Below, piece after piece: positions 1 to 9,434 of a stretch of DNA of 64,000 bases (the first letter of the stretch is position 1; each line of letters begins with the position of its first letter). Source of the DNA: Andalucia godoyi And28 (lineage: Eukaryota; Protista; Jakobida); the NCBI GenBank assembly GCA_009859145.1, contig VRVR01000054.1, positions 62,001-126,000 of the forward strand, written 5' to 3'. The notes beneath the pieces are model-generated. The model was not told the DNA's origin. It worked only from the letters and a program-made list of their open reading frames with translations, and ran no database searches. A program made the position numbers and the translations under genes.

Positions 1-119
1 GGAGTGGAAGGCAGCTCGGGATAGTGATTTTGAGAAACCTGGGACACGGTTGGCGTGCAGATCGAGTCCTCTTCGGAAGCTGAATTTGGGGACAAGACGC
101 GCAGCAAAGGATGAAGCAT
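1..119 (-). CDS. Possible 5' end of a gene running off the left edge (MLHPLLRVLSPNSASEEDSICTP...)
   Basis: ATG at 119 on the minus strand and an open frame to position 1. AT-rich spacer upstream, divergent from the next gene. Too short to identify. Confidence 0.3.
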   Translation of the reverse strand, partial: MLHPLLRVLSPNSASEEDSICTPTVSQVSQNHYPELPST

Positions 120-572
120 TTCGATCGTGGAGTTTGCGAATCGTGTTAGAGACTGGACAGATGATGACTGTTAATGTTATGGTTAGGAAGAGTAGTGAGT
201 TAGTACAGTTTTAAAAAACCAGAGTAAGTGTGTCAGTCAATTGCCTACCAAGATTAACAGGGAAACGAAAGGAACAAAAGTTCAAAACAAAGTTCAAAAC
301 ACAAAACAAAAAAAACCAGAAAGCAAAAGCGGGTTTGTGCAGAAGAGAACGCCAAGTTTGTGTGCTGCATATGCAGGCCTCCAGTGTTTCCTAATGCGGG
401 GAAATATCGTAACGGGTGGCTAGCGACTAGCATCAACTGCTTTTTCTTTTTTGACTTCGAGCAGTGGCGTTCTGCGAGATTCATTTGGAGTTGTTTTTAT
501 TGTTGTTGTGTTTTCTTTGTGGATGTTGCTTGGACGATTCCATTCAATTTATCAAAGACGGATTCTGTTCTG

Positions 573-1271
573 ATGGAAAAGAAGGACATGGACTCTGCGT
601 CTGGCGATGTGTCTGTGCCACCGTCAGCACCAGCGTCAACACACGCATCAGTACCAGTGCCTGCTGTGGGAGTTGAGAGATGGAACTACGTTCGGTCGCA
701 GTGGCTTGCAAAGTGTCGGCCTATGCAATCGTCTCCTTTTGGGTTTCCCACATTTCAGCATTCTCGGACAGTATCCGCTGCTACAAGCGGCGGCTCCTCG
801 TTTCGCGATTCTTCCGATTCTGACGATCCGTCCGACACGTGTCCCACATCCCACTTCTCGTCTTTTAGTTCCTCGGCTGCACCTTCTTCGTCGGCCGTAG
901 AGTCTCCGCCGTCTTTTGGCGACGTTAGCCAAACACCAACCGCCGGCACCACGCCTGCGCTTGCGCTTGTGTCTTCAGTGCAACCTCATGATGGATCGAC
1001 TGGCTCTGAGCTGTGGATTTCCGCGGACGACAGAGCTGTAGAGCCGGCTGGATCGCGGGTCTCTTCACAGCAGCAGCACGCGGAAGCGCATTCTCCGAGC
1101 AAGTTGAAAGGAATTCCTCCTGGAAAGGTGCGGGTTTCAGAAGTGAACTTGGACGAAGTGTGCCGAGCCCTCGTCAGCTCCGAGAACCCGCAGTTCAAGG
1201 CGCGCATCAATCTAGCAGATATGGTGGGGCTGCTGATGGAGCTTTGGGAAGCCGAGGGGCTCTTCGACTAG
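573..1271 (+). CDS. DUF4050 / Gag1-like clamp family protein
   Basis: First plausible ATG at 573 within ORF 360..1271. N-terminal G.ERW..VR.QW motif, Ser-rich linker, and C-terminal LADMVGLLMELWEAEGLFD* matching the typical DUF4050 terminus (L.DMV..L...WE.EGL[YF]D). Confidence 0.7.
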   Translation: MEKKDMDSASGDVSVPPSAPASTHASVPVPAVGVERWNYVRSQWLAKCRPMQSSPFGFPTFQHSRTVSAATSGGSSFRDSSDSDDPSDTCPTSHFSSFSSSAAPSSSAVESPPSFGDVSQTPTAGTTPALALVSSVQPHDGSTGSELWISADDRAVEPAGSRVSSQQQHAEAHSPSKLKGIPPGKVRVSEVNLDEVCRALVSSENPQFKARINLADMVGLLMELWEAEGLFD

Positions 1272-1272
1272 A

Positions 1273-1395
<123 letters not shown>

Positions 1396-1770
1396 GCGAC
1401 GCTTTTAGAAAAGGAATATGAAGTGGCAATGTATAATTTGACGAATGTTGTTGTTGTGGCTGCTGCTGATGATGATGATGATGATGATGATGATGTTTTT
1501 TTAGTGGTTCGTATTTATTGCTTAGTTGAAATGTAAAGAACAAACATTTGATTTCATAGCGTGTTTGGTTCCGTTGCGACGTGGATCATGCTGTTGCACG
1601 CTGGACTGGTGTGACAGATTGACTGGGACAGATGTCGCCATTCGCCGAAGCCGCCGGTCGGTGCTCGCAGGTACAAGAAGGATACATCATGATGATGCAG
1701 AAGAGTAGGGGAGGGGCAGACGCAAAAGACCGACCGAGTGCGTAACAATCGACCCATGAGGGAAATGCCG

Positions 1771-2307
1771 CTACTTGAGAATTGGAGCTGCGTTGCGGCA
1801 AGTGAGAAGTTCCTTGACTGTGTTTTCAAGGAGGTTTTGGCACATGTCAAACTCATCGACGGATGCATACCGGAGCAGTGTCCGTGGATGTGTATAGCGC
1901 GCTGGGTATCCGGAAAGATCGGATACCTTGGTGATGGGAAGCAGGTTCGGCGGACAGTCGACAGACATGTACGTAACTGCGTGCTGCGGTGCATACGCAT
2001 AGTTTTCGAGTGCAATGATTTGCTTCAGTGTCTTGAAAGGAGCGGCGCGCTTGGTCTTCGACTTGTGTTTTCGTTCCGCAATCCAGCTTGACAGCTTGAA
2101 AGGAAACGGATGGAACTCGTGGACAAACGGAAGAGACGACGCAGGAATGCAGGCTTCAGAATCCACAGCGGCGTTCACACTCGCACTTGCATTGGAGTTT
2201 GGATCCGCCGCAGCAAGTGGAGAGCCACGGGAAGACTTGGCGATCGGGGTCCCATCTTCTCCGACAATGGATACGCTGGCTTTGGAACGGTCTCGTTTAC
2301 GCGACAT
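1771..2307 (-). CDS. INO80C: INO80 complex subunit C (Ies6), YL1_C domain
   Basis: ATG at 2307 (MSRKRDRSK...). Contains FKTLKQIIALE..., TYMSVDCPPNLLPITKVSDLSGYPARYTHPRTLLRYAS and ends RNAAPILK, the characteristic Ies6/YL1_C pattern. The upstream ORF extension is microsatellite translation. Confidence 0.85.
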   Translation of the reverse strand: MSRKRDRSKASVSIVGEDGTPIAKSSRGSPLAAADPNSNASASVNAAVDSEACIPASSLPFVHEFHPFPFKLSSWIAERKHKSKTKRAAPFKTLKQIIALENYAYAPQHAVTYMSVDCPPNLLPITKVSDLSGYPARYTHPRTLLRYASVDEFDMCQNLLENTVKELLTCRNAAPILK

Positions 2308-2346
2308 CCTATCGTGAATAGCACTCGATGGGGGGCAAAGAGGAAG

Positions 2347-2377
2347 ACACACACACACACACACACACACACACGAC

Positions 2378-2455
<78 letters not shown>

Positions 2456-2470
2456 GAGAGAGAGAGAGAG
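2347..2470. repeat. Compound (CA)n + (GA)n microsatellite
   Basis: About 14 CA units followed by about 45 GA units, upstream of INO80C; (CT)n(GT)n on its coding strand. Confidence 0.97.
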
Positions 2471-2847
2471 GGCATGAGGAAGTGGGACTGGGGGAAAGCC
2501 CAAACAAATTGCTTTGTGGCGGCTGTAGACAACAAGCATCCGGGACTTGAGTCGGCGGTTCGCGGTCGGTCGAGTCAAGGTTTATTTTTGGCGCAGACGT
2601 TTTTCTCCGACATCCAAACTCTGCTTTTTGATCGGTGGAGAAGATGATGATGATCGCAGGCTTGCATGTTGCTGGGCAGTGCTGTCATTTTCTGTGTTTT
2701 GGAAGTCGGTACAGGAGTCTTTTGAAATCCTAGAGCTTGGAGTCTGGATCCTTTGCAAGAATATTGTTTTGTTCTCTTTTAAGTTTTTATTTCTTCGTTC
2801 CTTTTTTTTTCTTTTTTCTTTTTTTGGTTTGGGTTATTGTGCTGAAC

Positions 2848-4401
2848 ATGAAGTCGCAGTGGAAAGATGCCGACGTGTATGGCAGAGTGAAGGCAACGCA
2901 CGGATTCACTGCAGTCCAAGCATACTTCCATCTGACGGGCCGTGAGCTTGTCATTGAACATTCGTTTTCGGACGGATGGTTCTGCCACGATTCCGAGCAT
3001 GAGAAGTGTTCCATAACAGAAGATACGATGAGGGAAATGGGGCAGTTAATGGAGCAATGGTACAAGGAAGCGGAATTCGAAGAGCGCAGCATCCCACGGT
3101 CCGTTGCTTTCGAATATTTTGAAAATTGCGGTCGAAAAGACAAGGAAGGGATTCTGAAAGTAATGCGACAAAACCCAGTGCCGACATTCAAAATGACCAT
3201 CCCGGATGGCACGGTTTTCTGGGACATCCGGTACCGGAATCACTGCGTCGACCGTCGGGAGTTGCTGGATACCTACTGCCTGCAAAAACTGCACTGGGGA
3301 ATCTTGATTCGCTTTCCTGCAGCCAACGTGCCGGGATCGACGGCAGTCGGCCGATCAATCGGACCGTTTATCGACAAGCCCCGCACATTCTCCGTTGTCG
3401 AGTCACACGAAAAGTTCGGCTTTTCGTTTGCCGTCGAAAATGTTTCGCAGTTGAACCGCAAAATCTTTGAAAAGTCTGGCATCATTGAGCTTTTGTGGGT
3501 GTGTGAGGGCTTGCACGAGAAGCGTTTCGGTCAGGTGGCCGATTTTCTCTGCAATAAGAATCCAGAAACGGGAAAGTTGCTCAAGCGTGTGGTGTGCATC
3601 GCTGGTCCCTCCTCCTCAGGGAAGACTACTTCTGCGAAACGTCTGGCCACTCACTTGCTCATTAACGGCCATGGATCTGTATACATTGGAATGGATGATT
3701 TTTACAAGTCGCCAGAAGAAGTCCCTATCGACCCTCAGCTTGGACAACGCAACTACGACATTCTTTCGTCCCTGCACGTCGACATGATCGTTGATCGAGT
3801 CAAAAGACTCATTGCCGGCGATGGAGTACCGTCACGGAAATATTCCTTCCGCACCCACTGTGGAGAAGACGACTACAGCAGCATGCTGAAGGCAGGTCCC
3901 GAAGATCTCATAGTCATTGAGGGGATCCATGGGCTGAATCCCGAGTTTACAAACGCGCTCGGTGGGTCCACGAACGTTCACAAGCTGTACGTCTCGGCAA
4001 TGACACAGCTGAACATCGACAACCAGCACCACGTCTCTACTGCGGATAATCGTTTGTTGCGAAGAATGATTCGTGATTTCCGTACCCGAGGATATGCCGC
4101 GGAGGATACGCTTCGTCGATGGGCGACAGTCCGGAGGAACGAAGACCTGTCGCTCTTCCCATACCAAGAAGAAGCTGACATGTTCATCAACACAGCACTC
4201 GCGTATGAAATTGCAGTTCTTTCGTCATATTGCAAGCCACTGCTTGCAGAAATCAAGACTGATGATCCCCAAATGGAAGCAGAAGTCGCACGTCTGCTGC
4301 AGTTCTGCGACTTGTTCTACCCTATGGCGATCGCAGAACATTTGATTCCAGCCATCTCCTTGTTGCGGGAGTTCATTGGCGGGTCTGTGTACACAGACTG
4401 A
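2848..4401 (+). CDS. Bacterial-type long nucleoside (uridine) kinase with N-terminal ThrRS-like region
   Basis: ATG at 2848. Walker A GPSSSGKTT, then MDDFY, IEGIHGLNP, DNRLLRRMIRDFRTRGY and FPYQEEADMFINTALAYE, as in the roughly 550-aa bacterial PRK/Udk family. N-terminal IEHSFSDGWFC and FEYFE...DK segments resemble the ThrRS N-terminal region. Confidence 0.85.
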   Translation: MKSQWKDADVYGRVKATHGFTAVQAYFHLTGRELVIEHSFSDGWFCHDSEHEKCSITEDTMREMGQLMEQWYKEAEFEERSIPRSVAFEYFENCGRKDKEGILKVMRQNPVPTFKMTIPDGTVFWDIRYRNHCVDRRELLDTYCLQKLHWGILIRFPAANVPGSTAVGRSIGPFIDKPRTFSVVESHEKFGFSFAVENVSQLNRKIFEKSGIIELLWVCEGLHEKRFGQVADFLCNKNPETGKLLKRVVCIAGPSSSGKTTSAKRLATHLLINGHGSVYIGMDDFYKSPEEVPIDPQLGQRNYDILSSLHVDMIVDRVKRLIAGDGVPSRKYSFRTHCGEDDYSSMLKAGPEDLIVIEGIHGLNPEFTNALGGSTNVHKLYVSAMTQLNIDNQHHVSTADNRLLRRMIRDFRTRGYAAEDTLRRWATVRRNEDLSLFPYQEEADMFINTALAYEIAVLSSYCKPLLAEIKTDDPQMEAEVARLLQFCDLFYPMAIAEHLIPAISLLREFIGGSVYTD

Positions 4402-4731
4402 TTTGTTGACGATGCACTGCGCCGCTACAAACTCCTCCCTTTGTACAGAAGCACATCCGCATGGATGCTCTGCAAGGTCGACTTCACTCTACCCAGCAAG
4501 AGAATGGAAGTTTCCGCTGTCGAGCAGATTTGTAATAAAAAGAATGATGTTTGAGAGGTTCTGCCCAAACTACTGGAAGCTCGTACGTGCAGCTTGCGCT
4601 CCTTTGCCTTTTGTGTTTCTTTCTTTTTTTTTTTCTCTTTTTCTTTTTTTTTTCCTGGGTTTTCCCGAGTGCCGAATCACGAGAAAGAGGGAAAGGGAAG
4701 GCTTTTCATCGCGATTTTTCGGCTTGTTTGA

Positions 4732-5637
4732 ATGTCAGTCGGAGTGCAAAGTTCCTATGAGCCCCTGAGAAGGGTTCTTGTTTGTCAACCGCAGGATCTG
4801 TATAATCCATCGAGGCTGCAGCAGTGGAAAGCCCTCGGATTTCGAGAAGCTGTGGATCCGCAGCTGGCACAGCAGCAACATTCGCAGTTTGTATCCGAAC
4901 TCAAATCTCGTGGAATTCAAGTTGATTTCCTGCCTATCTTGACCTCGGAGGAATGCGTCAATGATTTTGGACAGGATGTCAGCATCGACGCCTTGTATGC
5001 ACACGATGCCTGTTTCATGACACCTGCTGGCATGATCCTGCTGGCGCCTGGAAAGCCAAATCGTCGGATTGAAAAGGAAATCGTCCGAGGGTGGTGCAAG
5101 TCTGCGAACGTCCCTGTGGTGGGAGAGATAACAGGCAAGGGACGCCTCGAAGGCGGAGACGTGCTGTGGTTGGCTCGGGATCTGGTGTGCGTTGGCATGT
5201 CTTATCGAACCAATGAAGAAGGCGTCCAGCAACTAGGATCATTGCTCGCCTCTCAGGGAGTGAGTCTGATGAAGGTTGATCTTCCGCATTTCCGAGGGCC
5301 TGAGGAACTGCTGCACTTACAAACAGCCCTTTCGATTCTCGACAAGGATTTAGCCATCGCTTGTTTGCCTGTTATGCCTGTGACTCTCTCCAGATGGTTC
5401 ACGGAAAATGGAGTGAAGGTCATTCCCGTGTCCGAACAGGAACTCGTGGATCTCGAGGCGACGAACGTGCTTGCCATTGCCCCGCGTGTGGTGTTGGCCA
5501 TGAAAGAATGCCCACGCGTTGTCGAGGAGATGCGTCGACACGGATGTGACGTAATAGAATTCGAGTCTACCGAAATATGCAACAAGGGAAACGGGGGACC
5601 GACATGCCTTACGCGTCCTATCTGGAGATCTTCGTGA
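4732..5637 (+). CDS. Amidinotransferase superfamily (DDAH / arginine deiminase-like) enzyme
   Basis: Motifs SSYEPLRRVLV, QQHSQFVSEL, LYAHDA, LEGGDV, LHL and terminal GGPTCLTRPI with the catalytic Cys. Confidence 0.88.
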   Translation: MSVGVQSSYEPLRRVLVCQPQDLYNPSRLQQWKALGFREAVDPQLAQQQHSQFVSELKSRGIQVDFLPILTSEECVNDFGQDVSIDALYAHDACFMTPAGMILLAPGKPNRRIEKEIVRGWCKSANVPVVGEITGKGRLEGGDVLWLARDLVCVGMSYRTNEEGVQQLGSLLASQGVSLMKVDLPHFRGPEELLHLQTALSILDKDLAIACLPVMPVTLSRWFTENGVKVIPVSEQELVDLEATNVLAIAPRVVLAMKECPRVVEEMRRHGCDVIEFESTEICNKGNGGPTCLTRPIWRSS

Positions 5638-5662
5638 TTATGCTTTTTCTTTTTCCTGTATT

Positions 5663-5779
5663 ATTCATTCAATTAATTCATTTATTTAATTCATTTATTT
5701 AATTCATTTATTTAATTCATTTATTTAATTCATTTATTTAATTCATTCAATTAATTCATTTATTTAATTCATTTATTTT
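5663..5779. repeat. 13-bp tandem repeat ATTCATTTATTTA x9
   Basis: Nine consecutive units; units 1 and 7 are the variant ATTCATTCAATTA. Lies between two convergent stop codons. Confidence 0.95.
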
Positions 5780-5921
5780 TTATTTTTTAGTGTCTTTGTA
5801 TACATGTTGTTGCAGTCATGCGACTGAGAAAATCGACCCCAGCTTGCACAACGAAAACGAATAATAAAAGTGGTTAGATACAACAACAACAAAAACACAA
5901 GGACATCGATGAATGCATTAA

Positions 5922-6476
5922 TTATCGTACAAGTTGCATTTCCATCACAGTATCACATCGAGCACATTTCGAATTCGACGACAAGTGCCGGAAGCCACAC
6001 TTCTCGTAGAGACGGATCGCGTCTTGCAGAACGCTGGCTGTGTCGAGAACAATCCTGCTGTAGCCCCTTTGCCGCGCTTGTTCTATGAAGAACAGTACGC
6101 ACGCTTTTCCAATTCCGCAGCCTCGCACACTTGGCACGAGGTACATTTTCCGAAGCTCGCATTCGTGCGGATGGTGCACATCGAACAGGGCGAAACATCC
6201 TACGACAGCAGGAGAATCGTGCTGGTCGGTCTTCTCACATACTGCCCACATGCTTCCCTTCCCAGCCAGCTGGTAAGACTGATAAGGAGACTTAAGGTCA
6301 GCATCTACTCCTTCTGGCTCTGGAGAAAGGCCGTATGACTGGAGCACAGAGTAAACGATCGCTTGCAAGCTGGAAGCATCATCATCACGCACTTCCCGCA
6401 AGCAGAATCTTGTAGGGATGTCGGCACCAGCAAACGTGGCAGGTCGAAAATGCACATCGCCCGATTCTGAAGCCAT
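5922..6476 (-). CDS. GNAT N-acetyltransferase (bacterial YjgM-like)
   Basis: ELRKMYLVPSVRGCGIGK (acetyl-CoA motif A), then IVLDTASVLQDAIRLYEKCGF and CDTVM. Confidence 0.88.
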   Translation of the reverse strand: MASESGDVHFRPATFAGADIPTRFCLREVRDDDASSLQAIVYSVLQSYGLSPEPEGVDADLKSPYQSYQLAGKGSMWAVCEKTDQHDSPAVVGCFALFDVHHPHECELRKMYLVPSVRGCGIGKACVLFFIEQARQRGYSRIVLDTASVLQDAIRLYEKCGFRHLSSNSKCARCDTVMEMQLVR

Positions 6477-6909
6477 GAGAGTCTCTAGTGAGCAATTGGC
6501 GCTGTGTCAACCACGACGCGAGCTTCGTTGAATCGAGGTCATTGTCTCACTCGTCTCATCGGCAGACAGTTTGTTCCCAACGTGCGGGGCTGAATGGTGG
6601 GAGCGGAGAAATCGGGCGCTCGAGCCGATGCGAGTTCGGGTATTCCCGATGCGGAATAATTGTCCGTTGTCTGCTGTAATTTGAAAATCATATACAATGC
6701 GTCGGGGGAATCATGGAGCGACCAGGAACGGAACGGGAAACATGATCAATATCGCACAGGATTATTTGCTATTATTTTATTATTATTATTACTATTATTA
6801 TTATTGTTTGTTTGTTGTTGTTTTTGGCAGAAGAATCGTTCTTGTTTTCCATTGGTTGCTATTGCTTTTGATTTTTTGATCACGCACTCTTTTTTCTGGC
6901 GTATCGAGA

Positions 6910-9330
6910 ATGTCACTTGTTACGGAAGGTTTGTCTTCTCCGACTGCTTCATCGAAATCGAAGATCCCCAGATATACGCCTTTAGCACGGCGGAGATCTT
7001 TCAATTCATCTACTGCATTTCAATCGTCTGGTTCGTTTAGCGCGATGCCTCCGTTGGATGGTGAGGACGATGCCGCTAAGGTAGATGACAGTGTATCTTC
7101 TGTTGGATCGTTGAGCACGAGATCGTCAATGAGACTTTCTGGAGACTCTCGAATTCGAGTGTTCTTGCGCGTCAGGCCCATTCTCTCGCATGAATCGAAT
7201 GAAAATAATGTACTATCTGTGGATCCTGCAGCTTCGGTGCTCACTTTCAAGAGCGGACAATCGCAGCAGGAGCGGTCGTCGAATTCCTCGAGCTCCCCGG
7301 CCAAAAATCTGTCCGCCACATCGTTTCAGTTTGATCAGATTTTTGGAACCGCATCGTCAAACGAAGATGTGTACAAGGGAACCGTGCAGTCCTATCTCCC
7401 ATCCGTTCTTGATGGATACAACGTAACCCTGCTTGCGTATGGTCAAACGGGCGCGGGAAAAACACACACCGTCCTCAGTCCTGATGGCATTGTTTCACGA
7501 GCTGTTGACGAAATTTTCAAATGCGTGCATCGAGAAACTCATCGGAGAAGTCGGGAAATCGCTGAAGAAATTGCAAAGGTTCGACTATCTCCTGCGGTAG
7601 TAAACCGGAGTAGTGAGAATTTAGTGGACCCGCTGACAACCGTGAATGACGTGGAACTGGGCCTCGAAATGTATTCGTTGGAAGTGACGTTTGTTCAGCT
7701 TTACAACGAACAAATCTTTGATCTTCTGGGATCGTCCGAGAACGTTACCTCTCTGAATTTGAGAGAACATCCGACGCAGGGCATTTACATCGAAGGGCTC
7801 TCAAGCCACAAATGCTTCTCGTCCGCGCAGGTGCTTGCGCTCCTTGCCAAAGGCACGCAACGCATTGTGTACGCAGAAACGTTCATGAACCACCATTCGT
7901 CTCGAGCGCACACTGTGTTTACATTATCTGTGAGGAACAATGTGTCAATTCCGTCAACTACGGGTAAGCTGTCCATGTACGATTTATGTGGGTCTGAGAG
8001 ACTCAAGAAATCCGGATCTGCCAGTGACGATACCAGGCTGACAGAAGCAAAAAACATTAACTCCTCTCTGGCGTGTCTGTCAAATTGTGTTTTTGCACTG
8101 GCCGACAAGGCACAGTACATTCCATTTAGAGATTCGAAGCTTACTAGGCTTTTGAGCGAAAGTCTGAATGGAAACTCAAAAACCTGCTTTATTGTATGCG
8201 TTTCCCCTGCATCCAGCAACGTTGGGGAAACTGTGAACACCTGTCGGTTTGCTCAGCGTGCGAAGAAGGTGGAAATGCATCCTGTTGTCAACGTCACTGT
8301 GGACTACGAAAAGCTCTCTTCCAAGCTGCAAGACGATCTCGAGAAGATGAAGTCGAGCCAAGATTCCGTGCTGCAGGAGTATGCAAAGATTCTCTCTACG
8401 CTGAAATCCAGCTCCTCTGCTAGCCGCAAGACCTTTGAGCTGTCGAACAATCCTCGTGATGAGGAGCAATTTGATCTGCTAAAGAAACAGGCTGCCGACT
8501 TGAAGCTGCAGGTCGGGTTTTTGGAACGAGAAAACGAGCAGCTCAAATCAGAACTCACTTCCCTGGGTCACGAGGGAGTCTTACGGTCTGTTCATCTTAC
8601 TTCTGTACATTCCCTTATGACTCTTGTTGGCGCTTCTGGAAAATTGCTCGCCGACGCCGGGGAACTGGCGAATTTATTGTTGGAAATGACACTTTGCGAA
8701 AGAAATGGATGCGCGGACCATGCAAAGCTTCTCTCCTTGCAGCGGCGGATTGATGAGGCGGAAAGAGCCTCCATGCACAAGCTTCGTCTTTTGATGAAGC
8801 CTGAACAGCCCGCCCCAGTTTCGCCCCATGCATCGTCTGACGAGACGGTTTCAGAAAATGATGTATCCTTATCAGACGATTCCTCTGCTGATTCTGACAC
8901 TATATCAGATTCGGATGATGCAACTTCAGCTGACAGTGCAGGAAAATGTGTTGGACAAGAGCACGATTGGAAGTCTTTGCAGTGTGCAGCGAGGACCATA
9001 GGAACTGCCAACGTGCTGTATTCCCTTTCTCTGATTGCTGAAAGAAATGCGATGGCAGAAGTAATTGGAATGAAGCCTACGGAGGAAGTGTCTTTACAGC
9101 AACTGTCATCCATGAAATGTGCATTTGATGAAATCGCCGAGAAGCTGCGTTTGTCCGACGATTCCAAATCTGCTTTGCAGCGACAACTCGAAGAAGAACA
9201 CGAAAATGTGCAGACGTTGGCGCAGCAAAAGAATGAACTGGAAGAGAAGTTGAGAACGTATGAGAAGCACGTCATTGAGAACAGTTCCCAGACGGACCCT
9301 GTAAAAAGGGGTTGCTGTACAATATTGTAA
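6910..9330 (+). CDS. Kinesin motor protein with coiled-coil stalk and C-terminal CaaX box
   Basis: IRVFLRVRP, P-loop AYGQTGAGKTHT, switch I NHHSSRAH, switch II DLCGSER, IPFRDSKLTRLLSESLNGN. Ends KRGCCTIL*. Confidence 0.93.
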   Translation: MSLVTEGLSSPTASSKSKIPRYTPLARRRSFNSSTAFQSSGSFSAMPPLDGEDDAAKVDDSVSSVGSLSTRSSMRLSGDSRIRVFLRVRPILSHESNENNVLSVDPAASVLTFKSGQSQQERSSNSSSSPAKNLSATSFQFDQIFGTASSNEDVYKGTVQSYLPSVLDGYNVTLLAYGQTGAGKTHTVLSPDGIVSRAVDEIFKCVHRETHRRSREIAEEIAKVRLSPAVVNRSSENLVDPLTTVNDVELGLEMYSLEVTFVQLYNEQIFDLLGSSENVTSLNLREHPTQGIYIEGLSSHKCFSSAQVLALLAKGTQRIVYAETFMNHHSSRAHTVFTLSVRNNVSIPSTTGKLSMYDLCGSERLKKSGSASDDTRLTEAKNINSSLACLSNCVFALADKAQYIPFRDSKLTRLLSESLNGNSKTCFIVCVSPASSNVGETVNTCRFAQRAKKVEMHPVVNVTVDYEKLSSKLQDDLEKMKSSQDSVLQEYAKILSTLKSSSSASRKTFELSNNPRDEEQFDLLKKQAADLKLQVGFLERENEQLKSELTSLGHEGVLRSVHLTSVHSLMTLVGASGKLLADAGELANLLLEMTLCERNGCADHAKLLSLQRRIDEAERASMHKLRLLMKPEQPAPVSPHASSDETVSENDVSLSDDSSADSDTISDSDDATSADSAGKCVGQEHDWKSLQCAARTIGTANVLYSLSLIAERNAMAEVIGMKPTEEVSLQQLSSMKCAFDEIAEKLRLSDDSKSALQRQLEEEHENVQTLAQQKNELEEKLRTYEKHVIENSSQTDPVKRGCCTIL

Positions 9331-9434
9331 ATTGAGAACGGCAAATGAGCCGGATGTTCAGTTGCTCCAAAGTAGAACAACTGCGTGCAAGAATGAATTA
9401 TCATTTTATGTTAGTCATATTTTTTTCCCCCCAA

